A stretch of 44,736 nt of DNA, from IMG/VR virus record IMGVR_UViG_3300037466_001855, positions 1 through 44,736 of that record; one strand, written 5' to 3'. The DNA is from a virus. The position numbers were made by a program, and so were the translations under genes. This document shows, in pieces, positions 9,081-18,979 of the stretch. Each line of letters begins with the position of its first letter. Positions within the stretch are counted from its first letter, which is position 1. The notes below the pieces were generated by a model. It did not search any database, was not told the DNA's origin, and saw only the letters and a list, made by a program, of their open reading frames with translations.

Positions 9081-9592
9081 AAATCAGTTTAGGCCCGACG
9101 GGCAATATTATTCGAGGGCATGTCCTTGATTGCTCGAAAGTCCCCCTTGAGCGGAAGCTTCGCGAGTATGATTCCCAACTGTATTTGAAATGGAATCCTC
9201 GTAAGCTCAAGGGTTTCGGTGTGTGGGAGCTCCGGCGTAGACCGGAACTTAAAACGGCGAAGGATTTCGCTATTTACAAGGGCGATTGCTACACGCTCGT
9301 TGATTACGTCGAGAACGATATTGAGAACCACATTCTTGACGTTCCGTTTTTAAATTACAGCATCTTAAACAAGCTCAAAGAGATGGACACCTGGACAGTC
9401 AGCCGTGACAGCGAAAAGTTCGGTAAGGAAATGGAATACCGAGCTGACAAGTTTAAGAAGCAAGAAGAAGAGTCTGCAAAATCAGAGCGGAGATACGCGC
9501 TTAAACAGCAGCGATCCATGATCCGTGACCTGATGGATTACACGTTATCTGGCGGCGATCCTAGCGAGATAGCGCGTTACTGGCCGAAATAG
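9077..9592 (+). CDS. Hypothetical virion-module protein
   Basis: 171 aa. ATGA overlap with the previous gene. No motif recognised. Confidence 0.6.
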   Translation: MKISLGPTGNIIRGHVLDCSKVPLERKLREYDSQLYLKWNPRKLKGFGVWELRRRPELKTAKDFAIYKGDCYTLVDYVENDIENHILDVPFLNYSILNKLKEMDTWTVSRDSEKFGKEMEYRADKFKKQEEESAKSERRYALKQQRSMIRDLMDYTLSGGDPSEIARYWPK

Positions 9593-9621
9593 GATCTCAA
9601 TCTAGATACAGGAGTATCGCA

Positions 9622-10119
9622 ATGCCAAAAGTCTACAATCCGACTGAAGAGACAGTCGAAACGAGAGTCTTCGGAAGCTATTTTACGTTTAAACCGGGAC
9701 AGATGAAAAACATGAATCAGAATTTCTGTGACTTCATCTTGTCGAATCGCAAGGATACCGGCTTGGTCGTTCTTCCTGCTGAATTTGACCCAATGAATGA
9801 AGAACACTACATCGAAGGCTTTGAGAAAACCCCAGAAGGTAAGGCTATTCTTGCGGCTAAGCGTGAAGAGGGAATTCGTAACCTTATCGATTTCCACTTG
9901 GGCGTTATCCGCAACAATCAAGTATCACTGAAGAAGGATCTTGCTCGCCACGACCCATCTAATGACCCGGCTAAGCTTGCTGCCATCGAAGCAAGTAAGG
10001 GCGAGCTCGAAAGTATGCGTCTTGTCGCTAAATACAAGAAATTGAAACTCAACAACGAAGACAAGCGACTCAACGAAGTCGACAAGCTTCTTGAAGAAGT
10101 TGGACCAATCGGAAACTAA
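9622..10119 (+). CDS. Hypothetical virion-module protein
   Basis: 165 aa. SD acaggagt upstream. No motif recognised. Confidence 0.6.
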   Translation: MPKVYNPTEETVETRVFGSYFTFKPGQMKNMNQNFCDFILSNRKDTGLVVLPAEFDPMNEEHYIEGFEKTPEGKAILAAKREEGIRNLIDFHLGVIRNNQVSLKKDLARHDPSNDPAKLAAIEASKGELESMRLVAKYKKLKLNNEDKRLNEVDKLLEEVGPIGN

Positions 10120-10830
10120 ATGGCAACTCTTTCCTCGCCGACCCTCGGTAAACTCATTTTTAATGTCCGTAACATGCTCGGTCAACCAAATGCGGTTAAC
10201 TCGACATGGACGGATGCTGAGCTCACGGAATACCTCAACGAAGCGGTTCGTATGTATTTCGCTGAGGTCATTGCGAATGCCGAGGGATATTTCACCACGT
10301 CAACCGATCCAGGCTCGAATCTTTCGATTACGTCTGGAACGGAGACTGTCGCGTTACCTTCTGACTTCTTTCAAGCCAAGGCGCTCTATATTCAGCGTAC
10401 GAACGGCTGGGAGCTTCTTGAGTACCGCAACAATGTGACCACGGGTTTCGTATCGCAGGGTGGGGGTACAGGTTCAAACACCTATAGCCCTTATTATTAC
10501 TTCCAAGGCAACAGCATTGTCCTCCACCCAACCCCTAACTTCACGCAGACCGGAGTTCTTCGTCTCGATTATGTCCAGTTCCCTCAAACGATGATCAACG
10601 GTGGAGATGCGCTGACAAATCAAGTGTCACCAGTCTTCAAACAGCTCATTGAGAAATACGCAATCGTTCAAGCAAAGAAGAAACAGAGCATGGTCAACGG
10701 AACCGACCTTACAGCGATTGCAAAGGCGGATTTATCGGAGGCTTACATCTCCTTTAAGAACGCAATTAATAAACGATCTATCGCACCTGAGTACGTGGTG
10801 CCGTTCAATCCTGAAGGAGATATGTACTAA
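10120..10830 (+). CDS. Putative head-tail adaptor/connector-like protein
   Basis: 236 aa. The N-terminal WTDAELTEYLNEAVRMY resembles connector/adaptor N-termini. Its position between the head and tail genes fits. Low-specificity call. Confidence 0.35.
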   Translation: MATLSSPTLGKLIFNVRNMLGQPNAVNSTWTDAELTEYLNEAVRMYFAEVIANAEGYFTTSTDPGSNLSITSGTETVALPSDFFQAKALYIQRTNGWELLEYRNNVTTGFVSQGGGTGSNTYSPYYYFQGNSIVLHPTPNFTQTGVLRLDYVQFPQTMINGGDALTNQVSPVFKQLIEKYAIVQAKKKQSMVNGTDLTAIAKADLSEAYISFKNAINKRSIAPEYVVPFNPEGDMY

Positions 10831-11120
10831 TGGAAACACCATCAATTCCAAGCGCGGTTTTATCCGCTGGAACGACTACCGCAGTGACTGGCGCAGGTTA
10901 TCTCACCGCAATTATGCTTCACCCAGGTTCGGCTGCAAGTACTGTCACGTTTTATGACAACACCGCCGGCAGCGGCACCGTCTTGGCCATTCTCCAAGGC
11001 CCTGCAAGCGGTGCAACGGCTATCATCCCATTTGACAGTGCGATCCGCTTTAAGATCGGCATCACCGCAGTTGTTTCCGGCACCGGTGCTCAAGCTCAAG
11101 TCTATTACCAAGGCGCCTGA
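10830..11120 (+). CDS. Hypothetical small Gly/Ala/Thr-rich protein
   Basis: 96 aa. TAATG coupling. Confidence 0.55.
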   Translation: METPSIPSAVLSAGTTTAVTGAGYLTAIMLHPGSAASTVTFYDNTAGSGTVLAILQGPASGATAIIPFDSAIRFKIGITAVVSGTGAQAQVYYQGA

Positions 11121-11130
11121 GGTTAATTAG

Positions 11131-13221
11131 TTGTTACAACAGTCACAACAAAATAGAAATGGTCAGCTCATGCAGAGCGACTTCCCGAATAACGTCGGGG
11201 GGACGAATCTTGCTGACTCCGTTTTTAAGATTCAGGACACTCAAGCGGCAGGCGGCTATAATTTCGACTACATCCTGACGGGGGGTATTCGTAAGAGCCT
11301 AAAGCCATCTAAGATCAACTCTGTGGCGGACACTGCACTGAGAAGTCTTGGATTTGGTCTATATGCTCCGGCTTCTGGCGCTTCTAAGTCGGTGATTCGT
11401 GCTGCCGACCGAAAGCTTCAGCTCTTTGATACAGGTGCCCCTTCATTTACCGCTCTTACTGACGACACCGCAAGCGCTGGATCAAACCCCTTCGCACCCA
11501 ATACCACTCAACCAGTTGTTTTCTCTATGTTCAACAATGGTTCGAGTAACATTCTATGGGCAGCGGGTGGGGGAGCGACTCTGCCAGTTGGCGCATATTC
11601 CACGGCTAAATATACGACGAACGGTGTTGTAGCTCCTACGGGATCACTCGGCACCCCTACGGTCAATTCCCATGCTGGAGGCTCTTGGAGTGCAGCAGGA
11701 ACGTATTACTACGCGGTCGTTTACAGAAAGAAAAGCACACAGGCACTCTCAAATGCAGCGCTCGATGTATCGGTTACGACTGTTAATACTGATGATACCG
11801 TTACTATCAGTCTTACGGGACTCACAGGCCTTGACCAAACGCTTATTGATCAAATCTGGATCTACCGCTCAGCACGTTCCGGGGTCACTTCCTTTACGAC
11901 TGGTAATTTAATTGCGCAGCTCGCATCATCTGCCACGTCCTTTACGGATAAAGGCGATATTGGGAACCCTGACATCCTAACGTCTCAGAATATCCCTCGC
12001 TCCGGTAACATTGTTTTAGATAACTCCACGCTCCCATCCGGCCCCTACAACGTCATGACGATGTTTAAGCGTCGTCTGGTCACCTGCCAAAATTCCACAG
12101 TTTACTTAAGCGATCTCAACAAATCTGAGAGTTGGCCTGCAACGAACGTCATTACGATTCCGAGCGCAGGAAATATTACTGCCGCCGCCGTTATCTCGTT
12201 TACGTCGCCTCAGGCTCAGAGCTTAGATGAAATTCTCGTACTCTACAAAGAGCGTGAGATGTGGGTCATTACTGGCACCTCCTACACCGACTGGGCTCTT
12301 AAGTTCATCGATCAAGTGGGATGCCCTGCTCAAGATCTCGTAGTTCTTGCCAACGGCTTCCTGTCTTGGATTGATTTCCGTGGAATCTATCTTTGGGACG
12401 GTACTTCTAAACCTATCTACTGCTCACGCCTTCTAGAGCCGTTGTTTAATCGTGACGGCGATCTCGATAAGACGCAGCTTGCATTTGGGCAAGGGGAGTT
12501 CTTTCGCCGTGAGAATCAGATTATTTGGTATCTCTCGTCTAAAACTTTCGGGACTCAGAAATTTGAGATCCGGATGGATCTAAGACTTACGCTCCCTCAA
12601 ATTGAGCAGCAGTTGACGGGTCGTAACCTGGACGCAGTGCTCACTCAAGGCGTGAACGTAAACCCAGTTTACGCAGGCCTGTCTTACATTCCAACTGGTG
12701 GAAGCCAAGAGATGCTAGTTCTTGGCGATGCATCTGGCTACTGCTATTTTGCATCGAGTGCTTATTCTGATGGTGGCTCGGCCTATAACTTCAGATATCT
12801 TACTGCACCACTTTCGATGGGCGATCCTAATACGAAGAAGAACTTCGTATCCGTCATCGCTTGGGTTCAAGACGTCGGTAATTGGAACCTCAGTCTTGAC
12901 TACTGGACTGACTATCGGACTGGTGACAGCTACAAAACCACGCAGGCTGTGCCTTTAACCACGGAAAATCAACAGACTGCTGCCCTTTGGGACATTGCTG
13001 TATACGGTAATAGCGCTAACCCGACGCTTCCCGCTGCATACTGGGACGCCTATACCCCCAACGTGGTCCCTGTTGTCTTTAACCTTCAGGCTGGAAACAA
13101 TAACACGACACAAGGAAGTGCCATCCAGCTTCAGTTCAGAAACGATAACGCTAACCAGCCTGTGACCATTCATGGCTTTAGCGTTCTTTGGTCGCCTATG
13201 GGCGGATTGATGGCAAGCTGA
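11131..13221 (+). CDS. Large tail structural protein (nozzle/tubular-like)
   Basis: 696 aa with a TTG start and SD gaggt 8 nt upstream. It is the largest tail-region ORF. No tape-measure-sized gene exists in the genome, which suggests a short-tailed virion. Confidence 0.45.
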   Translation: MLQQSQQNRNGQLMQSDFPNNVGGTNLADSVFKIQDTQAAGGYNFDYILTGGIRKSLKPSKINSVADTALRSLGFGLYAPASGASKSVIRAADRKLQLFDTGAPSFTALTDDTASAGSNPFAPNTTQPVVFSMFNNGSSNILWAAGGGATLPVGAYSTAKYTTNGVVAPTGSLGTPTVNSHAGGSWSAAGTYYYAVVYRKKSTQALSNAALDVSVTTVNTDDTVTISLTGLTGLDQTLIDQIWIYRSARSGVTSFTTGNLIAQLASSATSFTDKGDIGNPDILTSQNIPRSGNIVLDNSTLPSGPYNVMTMFKRRLVTCQNSTVYLSDLNKSESWPATNVITIPSAGNITAAAVISFTSPQAQSLDEILVLYKEREMWVITGTSYTDWALKFIDQVGCPAQDLVVLANGFLSWIDFRGIYLWDGTSKPIYCSRLLEPLFNRDGDLDKTQLAFGQGEFFRRENQIIWYLSSKTFGTQKFEIRMDLRLTLPQIEQQLTGRNLDAVLTQGVNVNPVYAGLSYIPTGGSQEMLVLGDASGYCYFASSAYSDGGSAYNFRYLTAPLSMGDPNTKKNFVSVIAWVQDVGNWNLSLDYWTDYRTGDSYKTTQAVPLTTENQQTAALWDIAVYGNSANPTLPAAYWDAYTPNVVPVVFNLQAGNNNTTQGSAIQLQFRNDNANQPVTIHGFSVLWSPMGGLMAS

Positions 13222-13529
13222 TGGCTACATGTTCAATTACAGGCACTCTTGTTGACCCAACTGGAACCGCAATTAGCGGCGCAACCGTTGAACTTAGGGT
13301 TTCGACTCCGCAGTTTGATGCTGCGAATGCGCTCGTTGTTCCTTACACGTCGACGGTTACGACTAACGCATCGGGAGTTTTTACTCTTATTGCGGATCAG
13401 GGAATCTCAGCGATTTTAACCATCGTCTATCCACCGAATGCAACTGATTCGGGACGTAGGTACTCATACTCAATCCTAGTACCGACCGCCTCGTCAGCTA
13501 ACTTTAACACGCTAGCAACGGAGCTTTAA
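13221..13529 (+). CDS. Small beta-sandwich (carboxypeptidase-regulatory-like) tail accessory protein
   Basis: An ATG at 13221 overlaps the previous stop (TGATG). The product is 102 aa. ITGTLVDPTGTAISGATVELRV is typical of prealbumin-like beta-sandwich domains. Confidence 0.45.
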   Translation: MATCSITGTLVDPTGTAISGATVELRVSTPQFDAANALVVPYTSTVTTNASGVFTLIADQGISAILTIVYPPNATDSGRRYSYSILVPTASSANFNTLATEL

Positions 13530-13936
13530 TGCCATTACTTAGCTACTCAGCAATTACCAACTATCCGTTCCAGCCGTTTACGAAGATCTACTCTAGCGAC
13601 ATCAACTCGATGTTCTCAACGATTCAGACTCTTCTGAACTCGACCAAGCTCGACATGACGAACATGCAGTCTCATTCTCTGACTCGTCTTACATCATCGA
13701 GCGTTCTCGTCCCAGGAACTGCCAATTACGTCATCTACAACGACGCTAACGGCGATTTAATGGAGGCTGCTCAGCTTCCGATTGCTCAAGGTGGACTTGG
13801 AGCAAACCTTTCGCCCGCAGGTGTAGGCGATGCTGCGAAGGTCATCGCAGTGAACGCGGCAGGAACCGCATTTCAACTTCAAACCGTCCCATCAACACCT
13901 GGTGGAAATCTTTTTAACTATTATCAGTTTGCTTAA
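13529..13936 (+). CDS. Tail-fibre-like protein
   Basis: 135 aa. PIAQGGLGANLSPAGVGDAAKV resembles the conserved GG(T/L)GA fibre motif. Confidence 0.4.
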   Translation: MPLLSYSAITNYPFQPFTKIYSSDINSMFSTIQTLLNSTKLDMTNMQSHSLTRLTSSSVLVPGTANYVIYNDANGDLMEAAQLPIAQGGLGANLSPAGVGDAAKVIAVNAAGTAFQLQTVPSTPGGNLFNYYQFA

Positions 13937-13946
13937 GAGGTAATCA

Positions 13947-14363
13947 ATGGCAGCGAATACTACCCCAATTTTTATCGGTACCCCAAACGTTCAGTGGTCA
14001 GGAAGCATGACCGCCGCGAACACAGATACCAGCATGGCTACTGGTACGTCTTACGCTGTTTATACGGCGAGTGCCAATGGTTCTAAGGTTGAAGACCTTT
14101 ACATTACGTACCTAGGAACACTCGCGGGAGCAACGGTGTTGAGATTATTTGTCAACAACGGAAGTTCAACGGGAACGGCAGCAAATAATACGCTTGTAAC
14201 GGAAATCACTGTCCCAGCTCTTACCATCTCGCAAACGGCGGCTAATACCCCAATTGTTGTGCGTCTGAACTTGGTGCTGAAAGCCAATTATGTTCTACGC
14301 GCAACGCTTGGTACCGCTGCTGCGAATGGTATCGCTGTAACGGCTGTAGGTGGTGATTACTAA
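13947..14363 (+). CDS. Hypothetical tail/fibre-region protein
   Basis: 138 aa, Thr/Ala/Asn-rich. Confidence 0.55.
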   Translation: MAANTTPIFIGTPNVQWSGSMTAANTDTSMATGTSYAVYTASANGSKVEDLYITYLGTLAGATVLRLFVNNGSSTGTAANNTLVTEITVPALTISQTAANTPIVVRLNLVLKANYVLRATLGTAAANGIAVTAVGGDY

Positions 14364-14851
14364 TGGCTCATAGAGACTCAAGGGGGCTGCCGGAAGGGCA
14401 GCTTGGAAGCCCGATTAACTGCGTACTGTCTGCCTCAAGCGGAAGCTATACAAATGCTACGTCAACGCCTACGACCGTAGTTAGCTTGAATATATTTGCC
14501 TCGGGAGACTACCCGATCACTTTACGTCTCATGGGGGATGGTTCTGGAAACGCTGGTACAGTAGGCGTTACGACCACGAACGGAACAAGAACTTCGGTTA
14601 CGGCCACCCTGTATTTATACCGCGACAACGTACTGATTGATTATGTAACCACTAATATTGCGGCGGCTAATCCAGGTTCAGGTATTCAAGTATTTGATAT
14701 TCCATCCTCTTACTTTTTCATGGATTTCCCGTCTAAAGGTAACCACACCTACACGCTACAGGCATGGAGTCAAGCATCGGGCGGATATACGCAAACCATC
14801 ACCGCAGTAAAGCTTCTTGCCTATGAAGATCGCTCATTGATTTATAAATGA
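14363..14851 (+). CDS. Hypothetical tail/fibre-region protein
   Basis: 162 aa. TAATG coupling. Confidence 0.55.
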   Translation: MAHRDSRGLPEGQLGSPINCVLSASSGSYTNATSTPTTVVSLNIFASGDYPITLRLMGDGSGNAGTVGVTTTNGTRTSVTATLYLYRDNVLIDYVTTNIAAANPGSGIQVFDIPSSYFFMDFPSKGNHTYTLQAWSQASGGYTQTITAVKLLAYEDRSLIYK

Positions 14852-15177
14852 CGTTATACGCTCGCTATTTAAAGGAGCGCGAAGGGATCGAAACCCTCGA
14901 ATCAGAGCACGGTTTCGCAACTTATCTTCTTCGCCCCACCGATTGCTACATTATCGACATTTACGTAGTGCCTGAGCTTAGGCAATCGGGACTCGCAAAG
15001 CAATTAGCTGATCAGATCGTAGAGATCGCTAAGGAACGAGGAATCAAGCTTCTAACAGGCTCAGTAGATCGCAGAGATCCAAACGCACAACGTAATGAGG
15101 CAGTTCTTCTGGCTTACGGAATGCGCAAAGCTCGCGAAGACAACTTTATGAATTATTATTTGAAGGAGATCACCTAA
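14848..15177 (+). CDS. Small GNAT-family N-acetyltransferase
   Basis: 109 aa. IIDIYVVPELRQSGLAKQLADQIVEIAKERG matches the GNAT motif A pattern (Q/R-x-x-G-x-A/G). Confidence 0.55.
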   Translation: MTLYARYLKEREGIETLESEHGFATYLLRPTDCYIIDIYVVPELRQSGLAKQLADQIVEIAKERGIKLLTGSVDRRDPNAQRNEAVLLAYGMRKAREDNFMNYYLKEIT

Positions 15178-16121
15178 TGGGTGGCGTAGTAAAATCAGCA
15201 GGTGGTTTTTTAGGTCTGTCCGATGGACCTAGTGTTAACGTCCAGAACGGCAATTCGGCCCTTGATGCGTTAAATGGTCAGGCGGATCTGACGAATAACG
15301 TCAATACGCAAGGATTACTGAATTCTTACGCAAATGGTGGGATGTCCGCTAATGACGTTCTAGGTAGCCAGTGGGCGCACGGGTTGTCGGGCGGGGAGCA
15401 GTCGGCACTTGCGAATGAGCTTGCAACGGGTGCAACAACGGGCACTCGGTACGCAACCGATCAGGTGCAGAATAACCCAATCTTAGGCGGTCTCTTTGGT
15501 CAAAACGGCCAACTCAATAAAGCTGAGTCCAAACTTGACGATCTCAATAACCAGGGCTTTGAGCTTAAACCTGAAGACATGACCCTGTATGGTCAGACAT
15601 CTGGCAACATCGCACGCATGTTCGGGGCGCAAGGCAATCAGATGTCTCAAGACTTAGCTTCTCGCGGTCTTGCGGCAGCTCCAAGCGGAGCAGCAGGTGC
15701 CATGTTCTCAGGACTTGCTGGTAACCAGAATGAAATGCTTGCCCAAGCCCAACAGCAGATCATGCAGCAACGTTTTCAGAACACGCAAAATCAGATTGCT
15801 CAACAGCAGAACTTTATTGATCAGCTTGGTCAACAAGGCGCTAACGCCATTAACCAGCAGTATGGACGTCAGCTCGCGGGAGCTCAAAATCAGACAGGCC
15901 AGCTTGCTAGTACGGCTGGTCTTACAAACCAAGCGAACGCTCAAGCTAATGGCGCAAATCTCGGCGCGGCAAACTTCGCGCAGGAAAATAAGCCTCAGAA
16001 CTTCTTTGATATGGCTCAGGCAGGCGCTGCGAGTGGGATGGGTGCAGCAGGTAAGACGGGCGGTCAGAAAGCTGGCGCTAGCATGTTCGGTGCAGGCGCT
16101 ACACCTCCGCCTCCAGTTTAA
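15177..16121 (+). CDS. Gln/Asn/Gly/Ala-rich low-complexity virion (internal/ejection-like) protein
   Basis: 314 aa of strongly biased composition. TAATG coupling. Confidence 0.5.
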   Translation: MGGVVKSAGGFLGLSDGPSVNVQNGNSALDALNGQADLTNNVNTQGLLNSYANGGMSANDVLGSQWAHGLSGGEQSALANELATGATTGTRYATDQVQNNPILGGLFGQNGQLNKAESKLDDLNNQGFELKPEDMTLYGQTSGNIARMFGAQGNQMSQDLASRGLAAAPSGAAGAMFSGLAGNQNEMLAQAQQQIMQQRFQNTQNQIAQQQNFIDQLGQQGANAINQQYGRQLAGAQNQTGQLASTAGLTNQANAQANGANLGAANFAQENKPQNFFDMAQAGAASGMGAAGKTGGQKAGASMFGAGATPPPPV

Positions 16122-16351
16122 TCCTTAGGTTTTTTAACGCAGACGCCCTTAGCGTCGTACTGCGAAGCCTTATGGCAAAACTCATCAAACTTGCACTGCT
16201 CAGAAGAACTACACTCAGTTGTAACGACTTTTTTAGGTTTCTTAGCCATCACGGCGTTGACGTCCTCACCATCCATCAGCTGATTCATCTGGTCTTTGTT
16301 GATGGCATTGGCACTTGAAGTCAACAAAACTAATAGTAGTAGAAACCTCAT
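16118..16351 (-). CDS. Secreted 77-aa Cys-rich protein, antisense insert in the virion operon
   Basis: The internal ATG at 16351 is preceded by GGAGG (ttggaggacttaaaATG). MRFLLLLVLLTSSANA is a signal peptide. The mature part has 4 Cys spaced C-x5-C-x6-C-x13-C (ECSSSEQCKFDEFCHKASQYDAKGVC). The stop overlaps the stop of 15177-16121 on the other strand. Confidence 0.6.
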   Translation of the reverse strand: MRFLLLLVLLTSSANAINKDQMNQLMDGEDVNAVMAKKPKKVVTTECSSSEQCKFDEFCHKASQYDAKGVCVKKPKD

Positions 16352-16403
16352 TTTAAGTCCTCCAAGAATATTATCGGCACATTGTTTAGAAAGTTGAGAT
16401 TCA

Positions 16404-17411
16404 ATGAATAGGAAAGACCTTGCACAATATTTAGCCGCTGGTGCATCGGGACAAAACCAGTTTGTCGAACGCGACACGGAACTTGCCAAACAGGACCGAG
16501 ATGCTGCCCTTAAGAAGTATCTGCAAGCGCAAGAGCCTGTGATTGCGGGTCAGAAAGCCACGGCTGAGGACAACTCGCATCTTAATACGTTGCAGCGTCC
16601 AGAGCTTCAAAATTTGGTCAATGATGGGGGCTCCGTTAAGGCCGGTGATATCGCCGTTGGTGGAAGCCCTAAAGCACTCATGACGGCAGGGCCGCAAGAG
16701 GCGAACAAGTTCTTAAAGACTGCTCAAGGCGCTTATAAAGGGATCAATGACCAGTTAGATGCAGCGAAAGCTACTATTGATGCTCTCGATAAAGGTAACG
16801 CTGTTTCGGATAAGGTGGCCTTAATCAACGAAGCTAGAATTGCGGCGGGACAGGGTGGTTCAAGAGCGATCTCTCACCTAGTAGATCTCCTCTCTGGTGG
16901 TCAAACGGCGGCTAGTGACTTCCAAGGCAAGGTGAACTGGCTCATGAACACGCCAAATATCCCTACCTTACAACCTGCGCAACGTAATGCTATTCGTGAA
17001 GCAGTCCACGCCCGTCTGCCTCAACTCGAAGAACAACACAAGCAAACTGCGGCGCAACTCATGCAGCAAGGCCCAGTTATAGCGCCACACGCTGACTACG
17101 CCTCGTTGATTGGGTCATTGACCACACCGACCCAGCAAAAGCTCGACAGTCTTAAGAAGATGCAGGCGGACTACACCGCGCAACGTGGTCAGATGCAGCC
17201 TCAACCCCCGATTTCCCAACCTGCTCAAGCTAATGCCAACCCAACAACCTTGGATAAGCTTTTGTCCTTTTTTAAAGGGGGCAATCAACCCGCGCAGCCG
17301 CAACAAGCACCGGCATCGGGTACGATTCGAGTCAGACACAAAGCCAGTGGACAAACTGGAACATTACCGGCCTCTGAGTTTGATCCCGCACAGTATGAGC
17401 AGGTGCAATAA
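16404..17411 (+). CDS. Internal-virion-like protein
   Basis: 335 aa, Gln/Ala/Pro-rich. Confidence 0.55.
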   Translation: MNRKDLAQYLAAGASGQNQFVERDTELAKQDRDAALKKYLQAQEPVIAGQKATAEDNSHLNTLQRPELQNLVNDGGSVKAGDIAVGGSPKALMTAGPQEANKFLKTAQGAYKGINDQLDAAKATIDALDKGNAVSDKVALINEARIAAGQGGSRAISHLVDLLSGGQTAASDFQGKVNWLMNTPNIPTLQPAQRNAIREAVHARLPQLEEQHKQTAAQLMQQGPVIAPHADYASLIGSLTTPTQQKLDSLKKMQADYTAQRGQMQPQPPISQPAQANANPTTLDKLLSFFKGGNQPAQPQQAPASGTIRVRHKASGQTGTLPASEFDPAQYEQVQ

Positions 17412-18736
17412 TGCCATTTACTCCCGATAAACCATCAAGCGGATTTGTCCCGGATTCCCAGCCAAGTAGTGGCAATCCTATTAAAGACTACTACGCTCGT
17501 CATGAGAACGATAGCGTTGGTCAGAAGCTCATGGACATGGTGATCGCACCTAAGGATAACCCTATGACGGGTGATGACCTTGGGGCGGCCAATCTAGCGA
17601 TCCCTATGGAAGCTGCTCCAGCGGCATTACAAAAGCTCGCCGCTTATCTCGGTGGTTCTGGACTTGGAAACGCTGCTGCTAGAGTTGCTGCCAACACAGG
17701 AATAGGTGCCGCTCAGGGTGGCATGGCGGACGGTGCGGAGGGAGCAAAGAAAGGTGCTTTGATCGGTGGAGCTCTAAGCACTGCTGGCGAAGCTCTAGGC
17801 GGCCTTATGGGTCTTGCCAAGTGGGGTGGTCGTAATCTGTCGCGTATGACAGCTCCCCAAGCTGATGCCTATTTAGATGACCCTAGCGCGGTAGCTGAAA
17901 TGCGCAATGCGCTTGAAGATCCGTCTAAGATGCCAGCGCTCCAAGACCAGGCTGCGGACGCAATTAGAAATAGCCGTGCCGTATTAAAAGCACAAGGCCT
18001 TCAAAAAGCGTCACAGCTTCGGCAGGCCCTTGATGGTAAATATGTTCCTATTAACCCGCAGGAACTTTCAGGATTAAGTCCTGAAGCGGATAAAGAGTTA
18101 GCAGCTTTCTCGTATACCACGCCCGGAACTCCCGGTGAGGCGGTCATGGGTGATGATAACGTCATGACCCGAATTAACAGTACATCGCCTCAAACTTCAA
18201 TGAGTGACGCCGTATCAGTTCCTGCAAACGACGCTAATCAACTTAAGCGCTATCTCCAAGGCGCTGCTAAATACGTTCCGGGAAGCGTGACCGACCCGGT
18301 GCAAGCTGCTCGCGTTAAGGCCGCAGGACAGGCTGCTGCAAATCTCCGGGGCGGCATCGAAGGCGTGGCACCTGAAGCAGCAGATTTAAATAAACAGATG
18401 CAAGAGGGGATGCTTCTTCAAGAAGCACTCCGTAAGGGTGGTAAGAATTCACCGCTTGCTTTCATATCATCAGAATCCCCTGACCGTGTTGCAACTCTCG
18501 CTAGAGCTGAGAATGCTGGGGCAGGCGGACTTCTCGACTTCGGCAATAAGCTTGGTGCCGCTAAAACCATGGCTAGGCCTGATCAGGGTAGTGGTATCCC
18601 TACCTTCCTCAATAAGCTTGCCGGACGTACGATTATGCGGGGTGCGGATGCGGTTCAGAGCGCAGAAGACGCAAATCCTGCGGTAATTCAGTCCTTAATC
18701 GGAGGACTCTTTTCACCACCTGCTGAGAAGAAATGA
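17411..18736 (+). CDS. Gly/Ala-rich internal-virion-like protein
   Basis: 441 aa. TAATG coupling. GGxxG-rich segments are present. Confidence 0.55.
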   Translation: MPFTPDKPSSGFVPDSQPSSGNPIKDYYARHENDSVGQKLMDMVIAPKDNPMTGDDLGAANLAIPMEAAPAALQKLAAYLGGSGLGNAAARVAANTGIGAAQGGMADGAEGAKKGALIGGALSTAGEALGGLMGLAKWGGRNLSRMTAPQADAYLDDPSAVAEMRNALEDPSKMPALQDQAADAIRNSRAVLKAQGLQKASQLRQALDGKYVPINPQELSGLSPEADKELAAFSYTTPGTPGEAVMGDDNVMTRINSTSPQTSMSDAVSVPANDANQLKRYLQGAAKYVPGSVTDPVQAARVKAAGQAAANLRGGIEGVAPEAADLNKQMQEGMLLQEALRKGGKNSPLAFISSESPDRVATLARAENAGAGGLLDFGNKLGAAKTMARPDQGSGIPTFLNKLAGRTIMRGADAVQSAEDANPAVIQSLIGGLFSPPAEKK

Positions 18737-18742
18737 TGTAAT

Positions 18743-18979
18743 ATGAAAGATTGGGACTTGCTGGTAGAGGATGTAAAAGAAATCAAGGGGATGGTTAAGG
18801 AGACGAATCACGAGGTGAAAGAGCAAGCCATTACGCTCGCCAGGAACACCGAATCCTTAATCCACCATAGCGCTAGAACAAGCGCGAATGAGGAGCGGAT
18901 TAAGCAGGTGGAGCGTTACGTGATGGGTATTTTGATGGCCTTCCTTAGCGCCTGCCTCTACTACTTCCTAAGAAGATAG
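18743..18979 (+). CDS. Small tail-anchored membrane protein
   Basis: 78 aa. The N-terminal part is coiled-coil-like and the C-terminal TM segment is VMGILMAFLSACLYYFL. It is the last gene of the rightward operon, and its 3' end overlaps 18961-19284 on the other strand. Confidence 0.55.
   Translation: MKDWDLLVEDVKEIKGMVKETNHEVKEQAITLARNTESLIHHSARTSANEERIKQVERYVMGILMAFLSACLYYFLRR

Noticed and set aside
15670-16128. 152-aa alternative-frame ORF inside the Gln/Asn-rich virion gene
   Set aside because: This is a shadow frame of a low-complexity repeat-rich gene (CAG/CAA/GCN runs keep other frames open). It has no independent start signals.
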